A stretch of 64,000 nt of DNA, from the NCBI RefSeq assembly GCF_009914755.1, contig NC_060943.1; one strand, given 5' to 3'. Each line of letters begins with the position of its first letter. The first letter of the stretch is position 1. This DNA is from the human T2T-CHM13v2.0 reference genome, Homo sapiens. The position numbers and the translations under genes were made by a program. The notes below the pieces were generated by a model. The model did not search any database and had not been told where the DNA came from. It saw only the letters and a program-made list of their open reading frames with translations. This document shows positions 48,584 through 61,842 of this stretch, one piece after another.

Positions 48584-51500
48584 CTGAGGAGGAGAGGCGG
48601 GAGGGGTGGAGGTGAAGCCCACTCTCAGTGCAGCCTCGCCCCACTACCGACCTCCAGCTGCGGCTCTCCCATGGAGGAGGGGTGGAATATTATGGCCTGA
48701 GAGAGTTTCAGAGGAGGCTCTGATCCTCCCTGAGCCTCAGTTTCTTTCTACAAGAGATGTAACAATGGTGAACCAATATTGATATATTATTACTAACAAA
48801 GTCCATAGTTTACACTAGGGTTTACTCTGTGTTATACAGTTCTATGGGTTTTGAAAAAGGCATAATGTCACACATCCATCATAGATGGGGTGATCCATGC
48901 CAGGTGTAGCAATGGGAGGTTTAGATGTCCTTCTTGCCAGATACACTTGCAAATATGACTGCTGTGCCGTCATCTCCTTTTTACGGATCTGAGGAATCTG
49001 CTGTGTGACCCTAGAGAAATACATCTACGGGGAAAGATGTTTCCTTTCCTTTTACCTGGGTGCAGGTACTGGGTGCTTGGTAGTTAAGGAAGTATCAGCT
49101 GCTGGCTCAAGGGTAGATTCTAACAGGAACTTCCAAGCTGGAGAAATACCAGGCTACACCGCAGAGAGGGGAGGTGGGTGAGGGAGGCGCCTGCTGGTGT
49201 GAGCAGTGGCCTGGCAGCAAACAGTGGTCTCTTACCGATGGAAAAGGGCACAAAAGCATCACTCTTCTTAAACTGCCCCTTGTCATCCAGGAAATGCTGG
49301 GGATTGAAGTCCTGAGGGTTGGAGAAGAAGCTGGGGTCTCTCAGCACGGAGCCCAGCATAGGGAACACTTCGGTGCCCTGGTAGGGAGGAGGAAGTTGTG
49401 TGTGATGAGGCAGGTTAGGGGATTGGTGAAAGTACACAGGGGCTGGAGAGGGAACTGGGGTGCCCCAGATAAGGGGAAGTGGCAGGCATGGAGGAGTTGG
49501 GGTCCTGTGAAGGAGGAGCTTTGGGGAATAGAAGGTTCACATCTCTGAAACAGGAAGTTTGGGAGACATGGGGTCCATGTCTTGCTACGCAGGTTGTTTG
49601 GGGGACCTGAAATTTGTGTCCCTAAGACAAAAGGCCTAATGGAAAGGGGGCTTCTGTTTCTTAAGATAGGAAGTTTTGGAACTTGAGTTTGATTCTCCCG
49701 ACACAAAGAGTCTGGGGAGATGCAGGACTCAGGAGTGTCTAAGTGGAAAGGTGGAATGGATGTGGTGGTTGGGGAAGTCCTTTTTGACTGATTGAGGGAG
49801 TGGGACAGTGAGTAGAAAGCTTCTAATGGGGGCAGGATTCTGGGGACACAGAGAAGGGCTGGAAGTCCCCGTAGTCTAGGGGGTGGGGAGGATAGCACCT
49901 TAGGGAGGAAAAAATCCCGAAACTTGGTGTCCTTTTTAACCCTGCGGGCCAAACTCATGGGGATCACGTCTCCAAATCTTTGGATCTCGTGGATCACTGC
50001 CTCCATGTAGGGCATCTTCGTCCGGTCCTCAAACTTGGGCTGCCGGTTCTTGCCGATCACTCTGTCAATCTCCTCATGGACCTTGGCTGGGGGAGGAGGG
50101 GGAATGTGTTTAGGTATCTGGGAGTCTCAGAGCAGGAAATGATAGTCCGAATAGGTAAAACGGGGTGGATGATACGGCTCCACCTATGAGACGGAGGTAG
50201 AGCATTCATAACAGAACAGACATCGGCCATTCGCATTGTTGGAGTAGGATCCTGTTAACCAGGTTGTGCCAGAATCACAGGGGAGGCACAGGGAGGAACT
50301 TAGGGGATGACCCGGGGGAACGGGCAGCGGGCACTCAGTGGGCTTGGGACAGAAGTGACTGACCAATCAGTGCAGACATTTTCAATATTTTAATAGCTAA
50401 TGAGACTCAGCTGATGCCTACCAGCTGAATGTTGCCCTGTCTCTGGACAGCAAGGCACGTCTCAGGGTCCTGGGATCTGGGACAGGTAGGGACATTGCAC
50501 CAGTCGAAGGGGAATTTTGAGGGTCTGGGGCCCTCCACTTCCGTCCCCCTCCAGCCTTACCCTCCACCTCTGGGTGCTTCATGAGCAGCAAGAAGCCATA
50601 GCACAGGGTGGTGCTGACCGTCTCGGTGCCTGCAATGAAGAGGTTCAACGTGGTCATCATCAGGTTCTTCAAGTAGAACTCCGTGTTGGGGTTCTTCTCC
50701 TCCTGCAGGGAGAGGGGGCTTTAGGCCAACCTCACTCCTCTTGCCCTCAGGGCCCTTCTAGGGCTTTTCCTTTGGATCTACCTCTCTTTGGTCCAGACCA
50801 AAGGTGGAAAGAGGGACCCTAGATCTACCAGACTCGCTCTAGGTTCCAGCCCTTGCCCTGGCTGCTGGCTTTGCCCAAAATGCTCTTCCTTCTCACCTTC
50901 TTTACTTTGCTGACCATCTGTCCTTTAATTATCAACTTAGCTGTCAGTTTTTTTTTTCTTACACTGACTTGGTCTTGCTAAGTTGCACAGGCTGGACTCG
51001 AACTCCTGGGCTCAAGCAATCCTCCACCCTTAGCCTCCTGAGTAGCTGGAACTGCACACGCGCATGACCATGCAGGCTCACTTACTTTTTAAACAATTAA
51101 TTAATTTTTTTTGAGACAGGGTCTCATTCTGTCACCCAGGCTGGAGTGCAGTGCCGTGATCTTGGCTCATTGCAACCTCTGCCCCCCTGGGCGCCACCAC
51201 GTGCAGCTAATTTTTGGATTTTTAGTAGAGACAGGGTTTGACCATGTTGGCCAGGCTGGTCTTGAACTCCTGACCTCAGGTGATCCACCTGCCTCGGCCT
51301 CCCAAAGTGCTGGGATTACAGGCTGTTAGCCACGGCGCCCAGCCAATTGTGAGGATTATTATGATGAGGGCTAATTTGAACGGGTCTGTGTCGTCTGCCC
51401 GCCCCACTCCCAGTCTGATTTCCCTCTGCCTGGCTTTGCATCTCCCCGCACTGGCTGCTGGGGTGTACCTCCTGCATGCGGATGAGAAAGGAGTCGATGA

Positions 51501-53471
51501 AGTCCTGTGGGGAATTGGGATCCAGCGTGCGCTGGTTGTGCTCCACCTTCTTGGCTATGAAGTCCTCCAGCCCTTGCAGCAACTTAAAGGCCTGTTGCTG
51601 TGGTCCTGGCAGGTGTTTCATCACCGAAGAGAACATCTCATAGAGCTGGGGTTGCAGAGAGAGGATGGGAAGGGAAGGACAGCTGTCACGGGGCAGGAGC
51701 TGATGGGAATGGGATTTGTTTCATAGCAAGGAAGGAACTGAGTTAAAGGCATCTGTCTCATTGTTTAGGTATTTCAGTGGGGTCGGATAGGAACTTATAT
51801 CTAAGTTTTCAGGAAGGTTAGGTACCAGGGCCACGGTCTAGTAATTTAGGTGAGAAGAACTGAGGCATATATCCAGGTTTCAGGTATGCAAATGAGGCTG
51901 GATTGGAGCACACATCTAGGTGTTCAGATATTCAAATGAAGTTGAGTTGGAAGACACCTGTCCAGGTGTTTAGCTCTTCAGGTGGGGCTGGTATGAGGTG
52001 AGTGTCACCTGTCTAGGTATTTAGGCATTCAAGTAGGCTTGGTTGGAGACAGCTGTCCAGATACTTACTGGGTCTGGATTGGGGGCTTTTGTTCAGGTGT
52101 TCAGGTATTAAAGTGGGGCTGGTGAAGATGTTGAAGTGGAGGGGATACCTGTTGAGGTGTTTACCTATCCAAGTGCGATGCACAGGGAGCACCTCTGTAA
52201 GGTGTGTGATTGGAAAGGGTTGGGGAACACTTATTTGGGTGTCAGGGAACAATCTGTCTAGATATTTGTGTGTTTAAGGTGTTGGTTAGGGCAGCTGTCC
52301 ATGTTTTCAGGCATTTAAGTGGGTGAAGTAGAGAGCTCTTGGCCAGATATTCCAGTGGGCTAATCTGGGACATTTGTGTAGATGTGAAATGATTATGATG
52401 GGCTGGATTTTGCAGCACCAGGTGTTCAGGTATGCAGGAGGCGGGTTGACGCAGTCATTTGTCCAGGTGTTAAAATATTCAGAAGAACTGGGTAGGGAGC
52501 ATCTGTTAGAAATTACGGTAAGTTGGGGATGGGAACATGTGCCCAGGTGAGAGAGCTGAGCTGAGGGTATGCATCCTGCCAGCAGGCTCTGTTTTGGGGA
52601 GCAGCTGTTGAGCTATCCAGGTGTCCTTGGAGACAGGGTTCTGGTGCAACTGTCCAGTTGTCCAATATCGGGGGCTGATTTTGAGGGGACACTGTCTGGA
52701 GCGGGGTGGGAGTTTGGGGCACCTGTCTCCAGGTAGGGGAGCAGTTGGCAGGTTGTGGTAGGGGCGTCACGGGCCGGGCTGCAGCCAGTTACCTGCCCCG
52801 TGGAGGTTGACGTGAACTGGAAGATTCCTAGCATCATGCTCAGCAGTGACAGGAACTCTTTGTCCTCATAGTCAAAGCGGTCCCCAAAGACAATGGAGCT
52901 GATGACATTGGAGACTGTGCGGCTCAGGAAGAAGGTGGGCTCGATATTGGCGCCTGCGGGTGTGGAGGGAGAAGGGGGTTGGGGAGAGAGTCAACTCAGA
53001 GGTCTGAGGAGAGTCAGAATTCCAGGAGGCAGGGCCTTGTTGAGCCAAATTCCCAGCGCCAGACTCCAGGGCTGGAAGTGCGGGCGCCTTTCCCCACCTA
53101 GTCCCCATCCGCAGGCAGAACGCGCGCGGGTTCCTCGTCCTGGGTGTTTTCCTTCTCCTGCCCCCGCACTCGGGGAACCTTACTCACCGTGCGTGCTCCG
53201 GATGGCCTCGATGAGGAAGCCCGCCTCCTCCTGGATGCGCTCCTCGATGCCTCGCTTGCCCACCCCGAAGTCCCTCAGGGTGGCGATGGAGAAGCGCCGG
53301 AGCTGCTTGGCGCGCTCCCCGTTGCTGAACACCACGCCTGGGGAGGTGAACGCGGGGGTGGAGAGAGGTCAGGGGGCGGCGGTGGCATGAGCGGACCAGT
53401 TCCAAGGGGCTCCCCAAGGGTGGAGTAGAGGGGTAGTGGGGTGGGAGAGAGATGGATTCAGTGCCAGTGCC

Positions 53472-53517
<46 letters not shown>

Positions 53518-54861
53518 GTAGAAAGAATAAGAGAATCAGAAGAGAAACAGAAAGGCCAGATAGAGATGCGCAGAGAAACAGAGGGATAAGGGGATACTCC
53601 ATGGAGGAAGGGTAGGAAGTGGGGAGAGAAAGAGAGTGATGGAGGAAGAGGATGGAGGGAGGGGAAGTGAGATATGGGGAGATCTGGGAGGAGGAAATAA
53701 AAATGGTGAAACATTCTTAAGCTGAGCTGGAGAAGAGAGAAAAATACTGAGACAGAAACAGAGAGGGTCTGGAAGGAAGAGAGACTGTTACCAGGAGATG
53801 GAGGCTGGAGATGTGGAAGTAAGAATAGCATGAAATCCTAAGGGAGAGGAAAAAGTGAGAGAGGGAAGTGGAGAGAGGAGAAACATGGAGAAGCACAGAA
53901 GCTGAGAGCAACAAAAAGACAAATGAAGACAGAGGACCAGGGCTGGAAAACAGAAACCCAGGATGTCCTCAGAGATGGAGAGAGAGAGGAAAGAGGAGAC
54001 TCCAGTGAGAGAGAATAAGGAGGTGGGGCAGAGAGAGGCAGGGAGAAATCAGGACAGGGACGCTGGAGACAGGTGAGGGATACACATGGAGAGGCCACAG
54101 TGAAGGGAGATGGGGAGATAAGACCAGACCGGGGGTTCTGCCATAGCCTCCAGTGGGCAGGAGAGTCAGGGAGAAGGCTGGCAACACTGAGACCATCGTG
54201 TCCGCCTGGCCACCTTCCCCATCTTGGGCACCCCCTCACCATAGCCTTTGAAGACCCAGTCGAAGGTGGCTTGCTCGCCTCGCCCGCTGAACTCCTCAGC
54301 CTGGTCCACCAGAGCCTCCCTGACGGCATCATGTCCACACAGCACCACGACCCGCCGGGGCCCCAGGTGAATGGTGAACACGGGGCCATAGCGCTCACTG
54401 ATCTGATGGAGGCGGGTGGGAGTGGTTAGAGGGAGCAGCCCCCACTCTGAATGGGGCCCAGCACCGAGATGTCAAGTACTGGGATCCTTCACCCCCAGGT
54501 TCTCACAGTCAGGGAGCTGGACATCCCAAGATCCTGTCTTTCCTGGCTAGGACCCGGATGCTGAAACTCCAAAACTCCCTTTCCTAAGACTCTGGTCCAC
54601 ACTGGTCAATCCCCTGCCACAAAGCCCCAGCCAACTAGGCAGCCCCCACCCTGTGCCACCCATCTTCCTGCCTTGGGACACCTTCATGATGGAGTCACAT
54701 ATGTGCTCTGTGTTCAGCTGGAGGTAGTTTCCAATGAAGGGCAGTGGGGTGGGTCCCGGAGGCAGCTTCCCCCTGCTCTTCCTCTGCTGCCAGACAGACA
54801 TCAAGACCATCACAGTCAGGCAGGCCAGCAAGGCCACCAGAAGCAGCCCTGAGGCCAGCAT
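48402..54861 (-). CDS. CYP2A7: Cytochrome P450 2A7, 9 exons, intact 494-aa ORF (orphan / usually regarded as inactive)
   Basis: Exons 54682-54861, 54240-54402, 53188-53337, 52793-52953, 51469-51645, 50561-50702, 49899-50086, 49236-49377, 48402-48583 (1485 nt). CYP2A7-type residues [50 protein letters not shown]. No stops or frameshifts seen. Confidence 0.97.
49236..49377 (-). CDS. CYP2A7: CYP2A7 exon 8
   Basis: 142 nt; GTEVFPMLG...FLDDKG. Confidence 0.95.
49899..50086 (-). CDS. CYP2A7: CYP2A7 exon 7
   Basis: 188 nt; [18 protein letters not shown]. Confidence 0.95.
50561..50702 (-). CDS. CYP2A7: CYP2A7 exon 6
   Basis: 142 nt; [23 protein letters not shown]. Confidence 0.95.
51469..51645 (-). 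CDS. CYP2A7: CYP2A7 exon 5
   Basis: 177 nt; AFKLLQG...[15 protein letters not shown]. Confidence 0.95.
52793..52953 (-). CDS. CYP2A7: CYP2A7 exon 4
   Basis: 161 nt; ANIEPTFF...[15 protein letters not shown]. Confidence 0.95.
53188..53337 (-). CDS. CYP2A7: CYP2A7 exon 3
   Basis: 150 nt; [16 protein letters not shown]...EAIRSTHG. Confidence 0.95.
54240..54402 (-). CDS. CYP2A7: CYP2A7 exon 2
   Basis: 163 nt; ISERYGPVF. Confidence 0.95.
54682..54861 (-). CDS. CYP2A7: CYP2A7 exon 1 (coding part)
   Basis: 180 nt; AAG|GTGTCC donor. Confidence 0.95.
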
Positions 54862-54905
54862 GGTGGTAGTGAGATGACAGATGGTGATGGGTGGGGTGGT
54901 TTGCC

Positions 54906-54911
54906 TTTATA
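54906..54911 (-). promoter_or_regulatory. CYP2A7 TATA box
   Basis: GGCAGTATAAAGGC, same spacing from the ATG as in CYP2A6. Confidence 0.85.
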
Positions 54912-57900
54912 CTGCCTGAAAAAGAGGGATGGACTTTGGCTAATTACATAATCACCTTATTTCACCTCCCAACTACACGCCCCACCATGAATGCCACCTA
55001 GCTTGGGACACAGCCAGCAAGGGAGGATAAGGGGACCCCAGGGCAGCTGAACAGAGAGGGGGCCTCCAGACTAAATCTGTGGTACTTCAGGAGGGGTGCC
55101 GCAGGGCTGTGGATTTAGGAGGGGGCAACCGATAAACTGTAGAACTGAAGAGTTTGGAATATTTGCATAGGGGAGCACTTGGGCTTTGGATTTGGGGTCT
55201 GAGAGTGAGAATGCACCCCAAAGTTGTGGATTTGGGCATTCCAAGGGAGAGGAATCCAAAGGTCTGGGTTTTATTAGGGTGAGATGGAAGTGTGGCTGTG
55301 CATCTGGGGGTCTTCTGTTGTGGAGGATGCAGGGTTAAGGGTCTCAGGAGGGGGGACTCCAGGCATATGGACTTGAAAGTCTCGGGGCTAGGAAGACCCA
55401 GGGCTGTGGGTGTGGAGTTTCTGGGAGGAGGAGTGTGTAGCAAGCCAGCAGGCGCTCCCAGAAAGCCCAGCAGCCCAGCAATGGGTCCAGGGGCTGACTT
55501 GATTTTGCTTTTGCCCAGAGCTGTCTCTTGATGCCCAGAATCCTCATTGGAACCTCAGAGTGAGGCCAGGATGGGTGCCATAGAACCTCCACTGCCCATC
55601 TCTGGTTGGGAAAGGGGTGGAAGACCAGGGCCATATTTCAGGGGAACTTTCCCCACACCTGGAGAAGAGTACCTGGAGTTAGCGGTTGGCAGAGTGATTG
55701 GCTAGGTCTGGAGAAATAGTAATAACAACCCCCAAATGGTGGAAAAATCTCAAGTGTCCCAAGGGTTGTAATTTACAAAGAACTCCACTGGTTTCCAACC
55801 CAGATCCTTAGGGAAACCCACTAGATTGATTGTATCATCCCTATTAATATTATGATTGTTGTTTATGTTTCTCATTTTATATAAAGATCTACAGAGGACA
55901 GAAAACAGACAGTGGGCAGGGGACATGTGTGAGTGGCCCTGAACTCCCATCTCTCCTGCTCTGTGTACTTAGTTCCCCTTTCTGGATTTGGTTTTCCTGC
56001 CAGTGGAAAGGGAGTGTTTGGGAAGAGAAGATCACATTTGAGGGTGAGTTAAGTCTCCTTTAAGGGTGATTCCTGCTTTGTCAGGGGCTACTACTATTAG
56101 CAGGCAGAGGGAACAGTCGCAGAAGAGATTGGGGTAAACTCCAGTGTTAGGCACAGAGGCAGATCCTGGGGTGGGTGTGAGTGGAGAAGGGATGAGTAGC
56201 CCTCCTGTCCTTCCTTCAGGGAAATTCTTCCTTAGTAAACAGGACAGTTACCCTTTGGTGAGCATGGTCGTATACGGGAAGATTAAGTCTAGGTGTGTAT
56301 GATCTGGTTGAATCTTTGTAACAGTGAGGTTGGTTCATCGTGATCATCCTCATTTTGAAGATGAGCAGATCTAGACTCCATAAACTCTCTTGAGTGAGGT
56401 CACACAGGGAGTAAGTGAGGGAGCTGGGATGTGAACTTTCTCCTCGCCCCCCTTCATTGACTGGCCTAGATCACCCTGGGAGTCAAGTGCGGGCCAGCCT
56501 TAGCAGGAGGTGAGTGCTGAGACTGGCATCAGCAGTGGACACACTGATGACATTGGCGGGTTCTGATATCAGCATCAGGTATGGCCAGGGAGGGAAAGGC
56601 ATCGTGTTGGCTTTGGGACTGCCCCCAGGTGTATGCGAGGATGGGAAACAAGTTGGCACTGAACTTGACACCAGGAGAATATTGAAGTCATGTTTGGTGC
56701 CAAGAGGGCTCTGTGTGTTGTCTCAGGTGTCATTGAGGGCATAAGAGTGTCCTGCTTCAGGAGGGCGTAAGGGTGGCACCATATAGGGTCTGAGGTTGGT
56801 CCCAGTGGGCTGTGACATGAGCATGAGGCAGGTGCTGATATTGGTCCTATGTGGGTCTGAGATGAGCCTCAGCCAGACCCTGAGAGGGGCCCCAGATGGC
56901 CACAGGACAGGCTGTGGTGGTTGGACCATTTAGGGTTGCACCTGTCCTCTGGGTCACCAACTTTGGACAAGTGGAGGTGGGTGAGGTTGGCACCCCCAGG
57001 ACTGACATCTTGCTCAAACTGTTCTAGGATGCTGAGCTCTGAGACCTGTGTGGAGGGAACAAAGGTCAGAGAACAAAGCAGAGAGAGGAAAGTTGTTTGT
57101 TGATTTTGGAGGGGAAGAGGTGGGAAGGAAGATTAGCACCAGCTTGGCAGATATCAATCGCTCTAATCCTGTTCACCAGTCTGCACCTGGGCCTGGCTCC
57201 TCCTTTTCCTTCTTGTTTCTTAAAAAGGTGGGAGACAGAAATCTGAGGAGTTTGTTTCTCAGTGGGGTTGGCACTAAGAAGTGCACTGAGTGATCAGCAG
57301 GTTGCCATGACCTGGCCAGGGAGGGGATGGGGAGAGACAGGTTGGGAGAACTCTAGTATTTGTGGACATAGAGGTCAATGAATTTTGGACTTGTTGATTA
57401 CCCTAGAGCATGGAGTGAGAGAATGGTGTCTGAAATCATGTGGGAGGGACTTGTCCCAGTGGGCAGTGTCTTGGGAACAGGCTTTCAGAGTGAGTTAGTG
57501 GCGAGCCCAGGAAGATCCCTTTCCTTTGCTGGGCCTCAGTTTCCCTTTCTGAATGGATGGTGCAATGATTAAGGCCTGGATTGGAATCCTAACCTTATCC
57601 TTTCTTTGTTGTGTGGCTTTGAACAGCTGACTTCATCTCTCTGAGTCTTATGGAGCCAAGAACAGCTCCTACCTCTTTGGCTATTTAGGGGAGAAGTATA
57701 TGTGTTAATGCAGATGAGGTACATGGCAGTAAGTGCTCAATGAATGGTAGTTGTTCTCTTTAATCTGTAGGATGAAGCGGATGGATGAGATGTTCCCTAA
57801 GCACATTCCTTGCTTTTACATTCTCTAGTCTAAAGCTCACAAATCTTTTCCTTTGGGAAGGAGGAAAGGGACAGAGTCTTTGGGAACCTCCTTCGCCATC

Positions 57901-59225
57901 CCTTCCTCAGCACAGCCAAGCTTTACCCCATGGAGCTGTGAATAGGAAATTAATCCTTCATGGCCTCCTGGAGTGTGGTGCTGAGTTAGGCAGTATCTGC
58001 GGAAGGACAGGCCAGCATTAGACTCTCAGGTTATTCTGGTTGGCCCTGGAGCCCTGCACAGGACTTTGCCCACCTGTCTGTCTATGCTTGTCTTGGATCC
58101 CATCTTTCTATCTTTCTCTTTCTCCTTCCCTGCAAGTCAGTGTTCCCCTCAATCACCCTGTGTGCTCGTGCATCTTTGTTTTGTGCCATTTTGTCCAGTG
58201 GGTTCTCCTGGATGCCTCTGCCATGTTTATCCTCATTTATACAACTGTGTGTGTGTCATTCTGGGTGCATGCTTTTAGTGTCTACGTGCATGTATGTTTC
58301 AGCATGTTCATGTTGATACATGAATTTATGTGTGCACCAGGCTTTGTGGTGTGTATGTTTGTGCTTGATAATGGGTATCCATTCCAACTTATGTCTGCAC
58401 ATGCACATGTGTGTGTGTGCCTGACAGAGTGTGGCACTGTTTCTCAATGCTTGCCAATCTGTGTCTGTCTCTGCATACAGCATGTGTGCACACATGATTT
58501 AGGGGTGTCTACGATGTGTATTTCTGTGTAGAACAAGATGAATGCTGCATATTCATATTTGTGTGTATACATTCACAATTGGGTGACTACATATAAGTAT
58601 GTGGATGTTTTTTTCTTTGTTTTTTTTTTTTTTTTTTTGAGACAGAGTCTTGCTCTGTCCCCACGCTGGGGGGCAGTGGCATGGTCTCGGCTGGAACCTC
58701 TGCCTCCCAGATTTACACCATTCTCCTGCCTCAGCCTGCTGAGTGGCTGGGGCTACAGGCGCCTGCCACCATGCCTGGCTAATTTTTTGTATTTTTAGTA
58801 GAGATGGGGTTTTACCATGTTAGCCAGGATGGTCTCGATCTCCTGACCTCGTGATCCGCCCGCCTGGGACTCCCAAGGTGCTGGGATTACAGGTGTGAGC
58901 CACCGCGCCCGGCCAGTACGTGGATGTTTTCATGTGTTCATTCTGGTGTGTGTGTGCAGACTTGTGGGCCATGTTGCATACACGTGAACATGTGATATTT
59001 TCCTGTGCTCATCTGTGTTTGGATTAAAACAGTCCTATCCCAGCTCCATTTATCTGCTTGAAAAAACCCCCAGAACTGCAGGAAGCTTTTTATGAGCATA
59101 ATCTTAATTGAACTCCTGATTGCAAGACTGAGGTTAGCTTTATCATCTCCATTTTGCAAATGAGTTAGATAAGTTCCCCCAAAGCCGGTCATAAGTGACT
59201 TGCTTCTGCATTTCACAGCTAATGA

Positions 59226-59438
<213 letters not shown>

Positions 59439-60126
59439 TAGTAGACACGGGGTTCACCATGTTTGTCAGGCTGGTTTCAAACTCCTGACCTCAGGTGATC
59501 TGCCCACTTCGGCCTCCCAAAGTGCTGGGATTACAGGCATGAGCTACCATGCCTGGCTGTGAATGTAAGTTTCATGCTGTTAATCACCACTTTGGACTGC
59601 TAGGCCCCACCTGTTTTTCTTTATGAAACATTAGAAAAACTGCTTGTACTCTCTTGTGTTTCTTCAAATACTTCCATGTAAACATGTAACAAAGGATTTC
59701 AAAATGTTAGAAAAAAAGTCTTTTAATAGGAGGGAGACTTGACCTTCTGTAGTGTTTGCACTTTTTGGAAGCTTAACCAAAGACCTAGTTGGCCAGTATA
59801 CCCCTCATGCCATTGGCAATGAAGCAGTGGGGGAGTTGGGGTACTAGTTGTTGTGGCCAGAGAGTGAAATGTCTGTGTTTCACATTTCAGATTGATGACG
59901 AGGATTTGGGGGGTGGGGCTGTGGGAATGTTGGCTGAAAATAGAGTGAAGAAGGTCAAAGAAGAGAAGACAGTCAAGATTCTTTTTTTCTGAGTGTTTGG
60001 ATAGCTCACATCCATGGCCATGAAGTTCCTCCCTACCAGTAAAATGGCAGGACTTAGAGTTCAGAGATGGGAAAGAAGTTGGATAGATGACAGGGATGAA
60101 CAGCTTTTTTTTTTTTTTTCTTTTGA

Positions 60127-60426
<300 letters not shown>

Positions 60427-60581
60427 TAAGAAACTCATTTTACCTGTAAAGATGCATATAGACTGAAAGTACATAGATGGAAAAAGATATTCCATGTAGA
60501 CAAAAACCAACAGCAAGCAGTAGTAGATATAACTTATACCAGTTGAAACAGATTTTAAGGCCGGGCGGGAACGGTGGTTCA

Positions 60582-60935
<354 letters not shown>

Positions 60936-61410
60936 TCACACCAGTGCACTCTAGCCTGGGCAACAGAGCAAGACTCCATCTCAAAAAAAAAAAAATATTC
61001 TGGCAGCATCACATTTCTTAGTCCCAGAAGGAGGGCCATGTGACTAGGCAAAAAATGACCCAGGTTCCATTTCATGCACACACCCTCTGGAGCACAAATC
61101 TCTTTCTCTCTATCCCACTTAGACCTGGGTTTCTCTCTTGTCCCTGTATCTCTTTGTTTCGTTGCCTTTCTCTTTGTTCATCTCCATCTCCAACTTTTTG
61201 TCTAGTTGGATTTCTCTGTGAGCCATGGGTGCGTCCACTCTTTGGGTTCCTCTTGATTCTCTTCTCAGCCGTATGTCACTTTCTCAGTCTCTGTCTCACT
61301 GAAACTTTTTTCCTGTCTTTTATTCTTTCTGCTTCTATCTCCCTCTCTCTGTTTCTTTGAATTGTCTTTTGTCTCTGTGTCCTCCTTGACATTTATCTTT
61401 GACTCACTGA

Positions 61411-61842
<432 letters not shown>

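Noticed and set aside
49341-50060. 239-aa ORF running from CYP2A7 exon 7 through intron 7
   Set aside because: Chance intron read-through. It overlaps exon 8 out of frame, lacks the heme Cys, and is closed early in CYP2A6.
48402-54861. Second gene could be CYP2A13, a duplicated CYP2A6, or a 2A7/2A6 hybrid
   Set aside because: CYP2A7-type residues occur in exons 1 and 3-8, and the gene neighbours CYP2G1P. Only exons 2 and 9 are 2A6-like at protein level.
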